Source: Anaerolineae bacterium (GTDB taxonomy: Bacteria > Chloroflexota > Anaerolineae > UBA1429). From it: a DNA stretch of 64,000 bases. This document shows, piece by piece, positions 26,989 to 35,581 of this stretch. The stretch is from positions 1,571,602-1,635,601 of the forward strand of contig JBMNFN010000001.1 in NCBI GenBank assembly GCA_050949345.1, in the 5' to 3' direction. Position numbers and translations under genes: made by a program. The notes beneath the pieces are model-generated. The model was given only the letters and a program-made list of their open reading frames with translations, searched no databases and was not told the DNA's origin. Position 1 is the first letter of the stretch. Each line of letters opens with the position of its first letter.

Positions 26989-29900
26989 ATGGGCAACCAG
27001 GCTATGGACAATGACTATCCTCTCATAACCCGCAAGATCCAGATACCGGATCGCTCCGGCACCCTGTTGCGCCGCGAGCGGCTGGTGGGGTTCCTGCACC
27101 GCAACACCAACCATCGATTGGTGCTGATCACCGCGGGGGCGGGCTATGGCAAGACCTCGCTGCTCATCGACTATGCCCACGATGCAGACCTGCCGGTGTG
27201 CTGGTACAGCCTGGACGGCAGCGATGGGCATGTGTTTACCTTTATCGAGTACCTGGTGGCTTCGTTGCGCCGCCGCTTTCCCGCTTTTGGAGACTCGGTA
27301 CTGCGTGCCTTGCGCGAGTTTACCGGCCCACCCGAAGACATAGAGCCCTTCATTCGGCTGCTGCTGGATGAGATGCAGCGCTCGATCCATGACTATTTCG
27401 TCCTCATCCTGGATGACTACCAGGAGGTTCTCGAGAGCGAGCCGGTGAACGCCCTGGTGGACGGCCTGCTGCGCTATCTCCCAGAGAATGGCCACATCAT
27501 CATCGCCTCGCGTGCCATACCCCGACGCCTTACTCTCACCAGACTGGCCGCCCGCGAGGATATCGTGGGACTGGGAGTGAGCCAGCTCAAGTTCACCCGA
27601 TCCGAAATCGAACAGATCCTGCAGCTGCGGGGCCTGACCGACCTGTCGCCCGAGCAACTGGATGCACTGTCACAGCGCTCCGAGGGCTGGATCACCGCCA
27701 TTCTGCTGGCCGCCCAAACCCAATGGTCGGATACGATTCAACGGATCGTGGCCCTCTCGGGCTCGCTGGATACGGTTTTTGAGTACCTGGCGCGGGAGGT
27801 GCTGGCGCAGCAGCCCGAGTCCGTGCAGCACTTTATGCTCGCCAGCTCTATCCTGGAACAGATGAGCCCTCCACTGTGCGATGGTCTGCTGCAGACCACG
27901 GATTCGGCGCGTACCCTGCGCATGCTGTCTGAGCAGGGCCTGTTTACCTATGAAATCAGTAACGCTGCCGGTTGGTATCAGTACCACCAATTGTTCCGCG
28001 AGTTTCTGAGGGCGAAACTGGAAGCAGAACACCCGGCAGAGTATCGAGAGCTTTGGTTGCGGCATGCGCGCATGATGGCCAACCAGGGTAACTGGGCACG
28101 GGCCATCGACGGATACATTTCCGGTGCGGCCTTTGTCGATGCTGCCGGAGCCATCGAAATCGTTGCGCAGGATTATTTTGACACGGGACGCTCTGCCACA
28201 CTGCTGGGTTGGATCGAGCGGCTGCCCAACTCTGTGGTCATGAGACACCCGCGCCTGCTGCTGATCGGTGCCCAGATCCACACCGAGGCGGGTGCCTATG
28301 AGCGGGCAGAGGCGCTGCTCGAGCCGGCCTATTGTGTCTATCGCGAACGGTCCAGCAATATCGGCACCGCCCGGGTCCTCGTGCAGCGCGCCATCGTGCA
28401 ACGACTGCAGGAACGTTACCGTGAGGCCATTGTCAGCTTTGACGAGGTGTTGCGAACCGTCAGCTTTCGACAGGATCCCTCCTCGGTGGTCAAAGCCCAT
28501 CACAACCTGGGTATCTGCTACCAGATACTGGGGGACACCGACCGCGGACGCCAGGAGATGCGCACAGCACTGGATCTGGCCCAATCGCAGGGCGATATTC
28601 AAAGTGCCGCCTATGTGGCGCACGACCTGGGTAACAGCTACTACCTTGAGGGCTCAATCGATGAGGCCCGTCGTTACATGCATCAGGCACTGTTTCACTG
28701 GCGCAAGGTGGGCAATCCCAGCGATCTGGCGCTGACGCTCCAAGGGCTGGGTGTGCTGCATCACCATCTGGGCGAATACACAGAAGCGCAAAACCGCTTT
28801 GAGGAGAGCCTGGAAAAGGCGCGCAGCGTGGAGAACCGCAGGCTGGAGGCGTACGCCCTCTTGAACAGCGGCGATCTGGAGCGAGACCGTGGCCGTTACC
28901 AGCAAGCCCTGCGGTTCTATGCCGAGGCGATGCAGACCGCTTCTGCAGTGAGGCAAAGTGGACTGATGCTGTACATTCTCGCATCGCAGGGTGAGACCTA
29001 CCGCCTGCAGCATCGCACAACAATGGCACGCCAAACCCTGGCCGAAGCGCTTGACCACAGCGTCAGGCAGGGCTTGGAGGAGCCGATCGGGCTCTGCCAT
29101 TTGGCCTTTGGAGCCCTGTCGCTGCAGGAAGGTGCGCTTGGCCAGGCTGCGGAGCACCTGCAGGCAGCACTGGAGCTGCTCATGCGATCCGGCTCGCAAA
29201 GAGACCTGGGCAGGGTGCACATTCAACGTGCGCTGCTGGGCCACCTGCGCAATGATCGAGGCAGTGTGCTGGCCGAACTCTTTCGAGCCGGAGAGATTGC
29301 TTTTCACCTGGGCACGGAGCAATTCATCGTCGCCGAGGGCGCCCATGCCTTGCCGCTGCTGCCTTATATGAGTGAGTCACGCATCGCCGGTCTCGACCCC
29401 ACCAGCATCCGCGCACAAATTGAAGAACTGTTCCCTTCTGTGGTGATGCTGCCACACCCTCGCCGTGAGCGTCCCAACGTCCAGCTGGAGCTGCTGGGGC
29501 TCGATCGGGCGCGCATTCTGTATCAAGGACAGGACGTGCACGACTTTGACTCGGCAGTGGCGCGGACACTGGCCTTTTTGATGGCCGAACATCCCGGGGG
29601 ACTGCACAAGGAACGTATTGTGGACCTGCTGTGGCCAGACACCTCGCAGGCGAGAGCCGAGAGCCTGTTTCACTCGACCCTTTACCGGCTTCGCAAAGCG
29701 CTGGACAAGCAGGTGGTGGTGGCGCAGGGGAGCATCTATCAGCTCAATCCAAACCTCACCTACCGGTACGACGTAGCGGACTTTGAACAGCTGGCACACA
29801 AGGGCCTCCAGGAGGGGTACAGCGCGCACTATGCCCGCATGAACGCGATCGATCTGTACCAGTCGGACTATCTCGAAGCCTGCGACCACCCCTGGTGCAA

Positions 29901-30216
29901 CGATCTGCGCAACACACTGCAGCATCTGATGATCCAGCTGTTGATCAAAGAGGCCGAGTACCTGGCTGAGGCTGACCAGGTGCTCCACGCCGAGACGCTG
30001 TACGTGCGGGTGCTGGCGCTCGATGAATTTGAGGAGCGCGCCCATCGGGGTGTCATGTGGTGCCGTGCTCGCCTGGGAGACCTGGCTGGCGCAGGACGCC
30101 AATTCCGCGAGTGTAACCGCATCACCTCATCAGAGCTCGGCGTGTCTCCCCAACCCGATACGCTTCGCCTCAACGCCCTGATCCAGGAGGGCGAGGTGCC
30201 CGTCAAACCGATCTGA
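26989..30216 (+). CDS. MalT-like STAND ATPase-TPR-winged-helix-BTAD transcriptional regulator
   Basis: Walker A AGAGYGKT, Walker B LILDDY, SEGW, YQYHQLFREFL, many TPR-like repeats, LLWPD...STLYRLRKAL (OmpR-type wHTH), YDVADF...LY..DYL...W...ELGVSP (BTAD). Confidence 0.9.
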   Translation: MGNQAMDNDYPLITRKIQIPDRSGTLLRRERLVGFLHRNTNHRLVLITAGAGYGKTSLLIDYAHDADLPVCWYSLDGSDGHVFTFIEYLVASLRRRFPAFGDSVLRALREFTGPPEDIEPFIRLLLDEMQRSIHDYFVLILDDYQEVLESEPVNALVDGLLRYLPENGHIIIASRAIPRRLTLTRLAAREDIVGLGVSQLKFTRSEIEQILQLRGLTDLSPEQLDALSQRSEGWITAILLAAQTQWSDTIQRIVALSGSLDTVFEYLAREVLAQQPESVQHFMLASSILEQMSPPLCDGLLQTTDSARTLRMLSEQGLFTYEISNAAGWYQYHQLFREFLRAKLEAEHPAEYRELWLRHARMMANQGNWARAIDGYISGAAFVDAAGAIEIVAQDYFDTGRSATLLGWIERLPNSVVMRHPRLLLIGAQIHTEAGAYERAEALLEPAYCVYRERSSNIGTARVLVQRAIVQRLQERYREAIVSFDEVLRTVSFRQDPSSVVKAHHNLGICYQILGDTDRGRQEMRTALDLAQSQGDIQSAAYVAHDLGNSYYLEGSIDEARRYMHQALFHWRKVGNPSDLALTLQGLGVLHHHLGEYTEAQNRFEESLEKARSVENRRLEAYALLNSGDLERDRGRYQQALRFYAEAMQTASAVRQSGLMLYILASQGETYRLQHRTTMARQTLAEALDHSVRQGLEEPIGLCHLAFGALSLQEGALGQAAEHLQAALELLMRSGSQRDLGRVHIQRALLGHLRNDRGSVLAELFRAGEIAFHLGTEQFIVAEGAHALPLLPYMSESRIAGLDPTSIRAQIEELFPSVVMLPHPRRERPNVQLELLGLDRARILYQGQDVHDFDSAVARTLAFLMAEHPGGLHKERIVDLLWPDTSQARAESLFHSTLYRLRKALDKQVVVAQGSIYQLNPNLTYRYDVADFEQLAHKGLQEGYSAHYARMNAIDLYQSDYLEACDHPWCNDLRNTLQHLMIQLLIKEAEYLAEADQVLHAETLYVRVLALDEFEERAHRGVMWCRARLGDLAGAGRQFRECNRITSSELGVSPQPDTLRLNALIQEGEVPVKPI

Positions 30217-30262
30217 CATCGGTGGGAGCCATCGTATTCCATTCTCTCCCTTCCTGTGGTGC

Positions 30263-30283
30263 TTTCGTCAGTATTTCGTCAGT
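30263..30283 (+). promoter_or_regulatory. 10-bp direct repeat with 11-bp period, candidate SARP/BTAD-type operator
   Basis: TTTCGTCAGT-A-TTTCGTCAGT, followed 9 nt later by -10-like CACAAT (30293-30298). Confidence 0.55.
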
Positions 30284-30536
30284 CCTTTGGTACACAATAT
30301 CTCCACATGCATATGGAGCCCGATCGATCCGTGGGCAGATGAGTTCCCTGCGGACCAGCTTTACTCTCCTCAGATTGACACGGGATTCGCCTCACCCCCC
30401 CATGCCGGCGGGTGCACGTCAAGAGGAACGCGCTGCGGCCCGATTTCGCAACTCGCAACATTCGTGCCATTATGGAAGCGTTGGTTGGTACGGGCGGATG
30501 TCTGGTACCGTACCGCAATTTGCAGGAGTCGGGGTA

Positions 30537-30680
30537 ATGAAAAAGCTCTACTTTCGCGTGATGTACGTGCTCCTGGCCGTTGGAGCCCTTGTGATTGCCG
30601 GTGGCGCCCCCATTCCGTGGAGTGGAACCGGTGGCGGCACCAGTACCGTCGTTGAGGCCCTGCGGCTGCTGATCCCATAG
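30537..30680 (+). CDS. 47-aa signal-peptide-like precursor peptide
   Basis: AGGAG (30524-30528) 8 nt before ATG; MKKLYFRVMYVLLAVGALVIAGGAPIPWSGTGGGTSTVVEALRLLIP has a basic N-region, hydrophobic core and AGGA-PIPW. Confidence 0.75.
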   Translation: MKKLYFRVMYVLLAVGALVIAGGAPIPWSGTGGGTSTVVEALRLLIP

Positions 30681-30758
30681 GCCCCCCTGCTTTATGACGG
30701 TAAGGTCACCGGGCATCGAGTGGCCACCCACAGGCTGTAGCGCTCCCACCCCAACACC

Positions 30759-31340
30759 ATGATCCTGTTGCTGTTGGCGAGCGTGGCGGTGGTGGTTGCG
30801 CTGCTCACCGGTGGCAGGCTGTCGGGCCTTGCAGCGCCAGGCTTGCGCGTTGGCTGGCTTGCCTTTGTTGCGTTGGCCTTGCAGGTGTGCGCGGTGTACG
30901 CCCAGCAGCCAAGTTGGCTTCCCAGAACACTGCTGGTGGCATCCCATGTGATGCTGCTGGCAGTGGTCTTTTTCAACACCCGTGTTCCGGGTGCCCCATT
31001 GATTGGGGCGGGGTTGCTGGCTAATGCGGCCGCGATGCTGGCCAATGGCGGGTACATGCCAGTAACACCCGACGCCGTAGCCCGTGCCGGCCTGGAATCC
31101 TTGATCACCACCACCGACAGTGGCGTACGGATCCTCGGCTCCAAGGATATCGTCCTCAGCGCAGCAGAGACGCGCCTTGCCATACTGACAGACACTCTCG
31201 TCATGCGGTGGCCAACGGGCACCGTGCTCAGTATTGGCGATGTGCTGCTGGCCCTGGGGGTGTGCTGGTTCCTCATTGCTGCCCTGCATGGCGGCAGCAG
31301 TGGTCAGCCGACGGAGCAGAAGGAACAAGCCCCTCTCTGA
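30759..31340 (+). CDS. DUF5317-like membrane protein, putative aspartic intramembrane peptidase
   Basis: About 5 TM segments; GGRL, LQ, N, GLLAN...ANGGYMPV, LxxLTD and SIGD motifs recognised from memory of DUF5317. Confidence 0.72.
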   Translation: MILLLLASVAVVVALLTGGRLSGLAAPGLRVGWLAFVALALQVCAVYAQQPSWLPRTLLVASHVMLLAVVFFNTRVPGAPLIGAGLLANAAAMLANGGYMPVTPDAVARAGLESLITTTDSGVRILGSKDIVLSAAETRLAILTDTLVMRWPTGTVLSIGDVLLALGVCWFLIAALHGGSSGQPTEQKEQAPL

Positions 31341-31643
31341 TCCATCCACTGCTGCAGGATCCGCTTGGCACCGCCATTGTGGATCTCGCATTGCAGCAGG
31401 CACTCTTGGAGTTCGCCGTGCTGCGGGCCATCCACGCCACAGCGCTCCAGGGGCTGGCCTCATCGGTCCTCAAGCGGGTCATCAGCAAAGATCTGCCTGC
31501 CCTGCGGCCACGGTTGGCCTTGGACGGTGTGCGCCACTGAGGAGCGTTGGCCCGCAACAAGCCACGTTGCGCTGGCGGGCGCCCGTCCAGAGCACGGTTT
31601 GGAGCGTGGCAACGCAGCAGCTAGACTGTGCGCTACGGAAGGG

Positions 31644-32237
31644 GTGGACATGCTGGTCGCAACACACAATTTGGGCAAGTTGCGGGAATTTCGCTCGCTG
31701 CTGGCAGGGCTGGACCAGGACGTGCTCGGGCTGGAGGATGCGCGGATCTCTGTGGAGGTCGTAGAGGACGGCACAACCTTTGCCGAAAATGCCCTCCTCA
31801 AGGCACGCACCATCGCCCGCCTCTCTGGGGTGGTGACGCTGGCAGACGACTCGGGCCTGGAAGTAGATGCACTGCACTCAAGGCCAGGGGTGTATTCAGC
31901 GCGCTATGGGGGTCCGCAGGCCAGCGACAGGGACCGCTGCCTGCTGATCCTGCAGGAGCTGAGTGATGCTCCCGAGCAACTCCGGCGGGCACGCTTCCGC
32001 TGCGCCCTCGCCGTGGTCTGGCCGGACGGCCGCACCGCCCTGACCACGGGGACATGCGAGGGCCAGATCAGCAGGGAGCTGCGCGGCACCGATGGCTTTG
32101 GATACGATCCCATCTTTTACGTACCAGAGCACGGTTGCACCATGGCCCAGCTGCCTCAGGAGGAAAAAAACAGGATCAGCCACCGTGCGCGGGCCGCGCA
32201 AGCGATGGTGACCCTGTTGCGACGTCTGTCCCTCTGA
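31644..32237 (+). CDS. rdgB: Non-canonical purine NTP pyrophosphatase (HAM1/RdgB)
   Basis: ATHNLGKLRE, EDGTTFAENALLKA, ADDSGL, PGVYSARY, GFGYDPIF, KNRISHR; real start ~31644/31650 rather than 31365. Confidence 0.95.
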   Translation: MDMLVATHNLGKLREFRSLLAGLDQDVLGLEDARISVEVVEDGTTFAENALLKARTIARLSGVVTLADDSGLEVDALHSRPGVYSARYGGPQASDRDRCLLILQELSDAPEQLRRARFRCALAVVWPDGRTALTTGTCEGQISRELRGTDGFGYDPIFYVPEHGCTMAQLPQEEKNRISHRARAAQAMVTLLRRLSL

Positions 32238-32264
32238 GTGGCGCCGGCTCCCAGCGACGGGCCG

Positions 32265-32912
32265 CTACTGCGTTTCCCGGATGTCGACGATGGTCGCCTC
32301 CAGACCCTCGATAATGTGCTCCACCTGCTCGCGTTGAATGCCCTGGATCTTGATCACCAGGTCGCGATTGGTCGGATCATCGCCCCAAAAGGTGCTGAGC
32401 GCGACGATATCCGCTCCTGTTGCAGTGATGGCCGCCGAAAGCTTGGCCAAAACGCCCCGTCGATCGGCCACTTTGAGGGTGACGCGCAATCCCCAATCGC
32501 GCGCCCCCAGGAGCTCGATGAACACCTTAAAGAGGTCGCTCTCGGTGATCATGCCCACCAGCACACCATCCCGCATCACGGGAAGTCCACCGATGTTGTG
32601 ATCGGCCATGATGCGCGCCGCCTCTTCCAGAGCCGTGTCCTCGCTCACGGTTACGACGTCGCGGGTCATCAGGCTGTCCACCGTAATGCGCGATACCAGA
32701 TAGTTGAGCTCGTACACGCTCAGGCTGGTGGCCGGTGAGGGAGAGGCGTAGAGCAGGTCTTTTTCGAGGACGATGCCGACCAGACGGTCCTCTCGATCGA
32801 CTACTGGGAGACGCCGGACCTTGGCATCACGCATGACGCGTAACGCGTCAGCCAGCGACAGGTCCGGGCGGATCGTGATGGGATGGCGTGACATGCGATC
32901 TTTGACGAGCAT
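32265..32912 (-). CDS. CBS-pair plus ACT domain protein (AcuB-like)
   Basis: MLVKDRMS, RRLPVV, ASPSPATSLSVYE, GGLPV, ITESD, C-terminal DRRGVLA (ACT). Confidence 0.88.
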   Translation of the reverse strand: MLVKDRMSRHPITIRPDLSLADALRVMRDAKVRRLPVVDREDRLVGIVLEKDLLYASPSPATSLSVYELNYLVSRITVDSLMTRDVVTVSEDTALEEAARIMADHNIGGLPVMRDGVLVGMITESDLFKVFIELLGARDWGLRVTLKVADRRGVLAKLSAAITATGADIVALSTFWGDDPTNRDLVIKIQGIQREQVEHIIEGLEATIVDIRETQ

Positions 32913-32998
32913 CGAAATCTCTCCTGCGAGTGCTGCCCGCCGCACGGGGGGCACCGAAACGACACAACTGGCGTGCCCTGCCCAGCTTGGATGGGTGA

Positions 32999-33087
32999 AT
33001 TATACCCGCAGCGCGGCTGGCTGTCGAGCCCTGCCCACAAACGAGCCGCGAGAGGAGATTGACACACCAGGCGGCGTGTGCCATACT
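32999..33087. promoter_or_regulatory. Divergent sigma70-type promoter pair
   Basis: Minus strand TCGACA(33027-33022)-17-TATAAT(33004-32999); plus strand TTGACA(33059-33064)-17-CATACT(33082-33087). Confidence 0.6.
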
Positions 33088-33107
33088 CGCCACTCAGGAG
33101 GTCGGGT

Positions 33108-33659
33108 GTGAAGGTAGAGGTGCCCCTACAAACTGCTCACAGGTTGCTGGCGGGCCGGCCGGTGTGCCTGCTGACGACGCGCTACCGGGGGCAGAACAAT
33201 GTCATGACTCTCTCCTGGAGCTGCCCCGTCAGCCTCGAACCCCCACTCCTCGCGCTGGTTGTGCATCCCTCCCGATACACCCATGGGCTGCTGGAGAGGG
33301 CCCAGGAGTGCGTGCTCAACATCCCCGCTCGCCCCATGGGCGAACAGATCAAAGATTGGGGAACGCGCTCCGGCGCAGATCTTGACAAGCTGGATGCCTC
33401 CAGCCTGGATATGTCAGAAGGACGGCGGGTGGGCGCCCTGTGGATCGATGCCTGCCTCGCGCATCTGGAGTGCGCCGTGGTCGACCGCTTCAGTCCCGGT
33501 GACCATTCCATATTTGTCGCGCAGGTGGTAGGCGCATGGGCAGAGGAGGATGCCTTTGCCGGCACCTGGTCGGTGCAGAGCCAGGTGGAGGATCTGTTAC
33601 CCCTCGCACATCTTGGCGGTTCCCGTTTCGCCATGTTTGGCTCCGAGATCATGCTGTGA
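33108..33659 (+). CDS. Flavin reductase-like (FMN-binding split barrel) protein
   Basis: NVMTLSW, PVSLEPP, LNIP, GTRSG..LDK, AHLEC, GDHSIF; GTG 33108 after AGGAG. Confidence 0.85.
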   Translation: MKVEVPLQTAHRLLAGRPVCLLTTRYRGQNNVMTLSWSCPVSLEPPLLALVVHPSRYTHGLLERAQECVLNIPARPMGEQIKDWGTRSGADLDKLDASSLDMSEGRRVGALWIDACLAHLECAVVDRFSPGDHSIFVAQVVGAWAEEDAFAGTWSVQSQVEDLLPLAHLGGSRFAMFGSEIML

Positions 33660-33730
33660 TGCCCAGGCGCCTTGGCTGTTCACCAGCATCGCCAGGACGG
33701 GCAGAGAACCGGTAAAAAGGGGTGTTTGCC

Positions 33731-34246
33731 TTGAGCCCGATCTTGACCGCAGACGCCTTTGACATCGTCACCCACAGTCCGGCACAGACCTATGCCATCG
33801 GACGGCGCCTGGGCCAGCTGCTGCAGGAGGGTGACGTCGTATGCCTGGAAGGGGATCTGGGAACGGGCAAGACCTGCCTGACACAGGGCATCGGTGCCGG
33901 CCTGCAAGTAACCGGCGTCATCAACAGCCCGACGTTTGTGTTCGTCAACGAGTACGCCCCTTCAGGCTCTGGTCCCTGCCTGTACCATGTCGATCTTTAC
34001 AGAGTGGGCAGCTATCTGGAGATCATGGGTCTCGGGCTGGAAGACTATATCTATGGGAATGGCGTGACCGTCATCGAGTGGGCCGATCGAGCCCGAGAGT
34101 ACATCCCTCCCGAGCGCTTGTGGATCAAACTGGGCTATACCGACCACATGAAGCGCTCTCTCTTTTTAGAGGCGACGGGTACGCACTATATCGAGGTGGT
34201 CAACACGCTCAAGCGTGATGTTTATGGCGCGCCAACGAGCGATTGA
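33731..34246 (+). CDS. tsaE: tRNA threonylcarbamoyladenosine biosynthesis ATPase TsaE
   Basis: LEGDLGTGKT, SPTF, YHVDLYR, IEWAD. Confidence 0.93.
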   Translation: MSPILTADAFDIVTHSPAQTYAIGRRLGQLLQEGDVVCLEGDLGTGKTCLTQGIGAGLQVTGVINSPTFVFVNEYAPSGSGPCLYHVDLYRVGSYLEIMGLGLEDYIYGNGVTVIEWADRAREYIPPERLWIKLGYTDHMKRSLFLEATGTHYIEVVNTLKRDVYGAPTSD

Positions 34247-34258
34247 CGAGGAGCGGCC

Positions 34259-34936
34259 ATGATTTTGGCGATCGACACCGCAACCCGCACCGCCAGCATT
34301 GCGCTGTACGATGCGTCCGGCATCCTGGCAGAGGAGACCTGGCACTCTCAGAACCGGCACTCGGTTGAGCTCATGCCAGCCATCCAGCGTCTTGCAGAGC
34401 GACAGGGCGTCAAGTTAGGTGACCTCAGCGCAGTGGCCGTAGCGCTGGGACCGGGTTCTTTTACCGGGCTGCGTATCGGCCTCAGCGCAGCCAAAGGTCT
34501 GTGTCTCGCCCTCGACATCCCGCTGATCGGCATACCCACGTTGATGATCGCTGCCTATGCCGCAGGTGACCCGGGATGCCCTCTGTACGCCATCGCCGAG
34601 GCGGGCCGCGGCAGGATCTGCGTGGGCGCCTTCCGCTATGTGGACGGAGTGCCCGAGCTCCAGGGCGAGATAGAGCTGCATCGCTCTGCCGAGTGGACGC
34701 CCGACCTCTCTGACTATGCCCTGGTCACCGGTGAGCTGGACGGACAGCTGGTTGATCGGCTCAACGCACTGGAGGGCGCCGAACGCCTTTCCCTCGTCTC
34801 GCCTGCCGGCAGTCTGCGCCGCGCAGGGTACCTGGCAGAACTGGCCTGGGACCGGCTCGCCAGTGGCAGCGTTGATGATCTCGATACCCTCCAGCCGATG
34901 TACGTGCAGCAGCCCTTGACGGGCTCGGGCAGCTGA
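34259..34936 (+). CDS. tsaB: tRNA threonylcarbamoyladenosine biosynthesis protein TsaB
   Basis: ILAIDTAT, HSVEL, GPGSFTGLRIG. Confidence 0.94.
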   Translation: MILAIDTATRTASIALYDASGILAEETWHSQNRHSVELMPAIQRLAERQGVKLGDLSAVAVALGPGSFTGLRIGLSAAKGLCLALDIPLIGIPTLMIAAYAAGDPGCPLYAIAEAGRGRICVGAFRYVDGVPELQGEIELHRSAEWTPDLSDYALVTGELDGQLVDRLNALEGAERLSLVSPAGSLRRAGYLAELAWDRLASGSVDDLDTLQPMYVQQPLTGSGS

Positions 34937-34942
34937 CCATCC

Positions 34943-35581
34943 ATGGATCTGAGCGGCCTGCCCTATGTGCTCCTTCCCATGCAGCTGGAGGACATTGAAA
35001 CCGTAGCGGCGATCGAAGCAAGTATCTTCAAGACCCCCTGGTCGGCAGAGATGTTCCGGCAGGAGGTCACCAACCACCCCGCTGCCCAGTACCTCACGCT
35101 CCACTATACCGAGCGCCAAGCCCTGGAGGAGCGTTTTCCGGTGCGGCCTTGGAGCCTGCCACACGACCACTCCCTTATCGGCTATGGCGGCTTGTGGCAG
35201 ATTCTTCAGCAGGGACACGTCTCCACCATCGCGGTGAGGCCCATCTGGCGCTCGCGAGGGCTGGGCGAGGTGCTGTTTGCCGCTCTGGTAGAACGCGCCG
35301 TTCTGGCAGGGTGCAGCGAGGTGACCCTGGAGGTGCGGCTGAGCAACAGGCCGGCGCAGGGCCTGTACGCCAAATACGGGTTCGAGGTGGTGGGCCGACG
35401 ACCGCACTATTATCCGGATAACCGTGAGGACGCCTGGATTATGTCCACCCCTCCCATCCAAACACCCCAGTACGGTGCGATGCTGGCCGAACGCGTGAAC
35501 AGGCTGCGACAACGCCTGCTGAGCGAACCGCAGAGTGTGCCTGCGGCAGCAGCCAACGATGTCAGGGAGGTGCCGGCTTGA
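34943..35581 (+). CDS. rimI: Ribosomal-protein-alanine N-acetyltransferase RimI
   Basis: IE...F..PWS, HVSTIAV, RSRGLG, LEVRLSN, LYAKYGF, YY.DN.EDAWIM; follows tsaB. Confidence 0.88.
   Translation: MDLSGLPYVLLPMQLEDIETVAAIEASIFKTPWSAEMFRQEVTNHPAAQYLTLHYTERQALEERFPVRPWSLPHDHSLIGYGGLWQILQQGHVSTIAVRPIWRSRGLGEVLFAALVERAVLAGCSEVTLEVRLSNRPAQGLYAKYGFEVVGRRPHYYPDNREDAWIMSTPPIQTPQYGAMLAERVNRLRQRLLSEPQSVPAAAANDVREVPA

Noticed and set aside
30222-30680. 152-aa ORF from the track
   Set aside because: The 5' two-thirds has no RBS, atypical composition and overlaps the operator/leader; only the ATG at 30537 has a Shine-Dalgarno sequence
31365-31643. N-terminal extension of RdgB in the ORF track
   Set aside because: The conserved domain begins at VDMLVATHN; the upstream part is not protein-like and lacks an RBS
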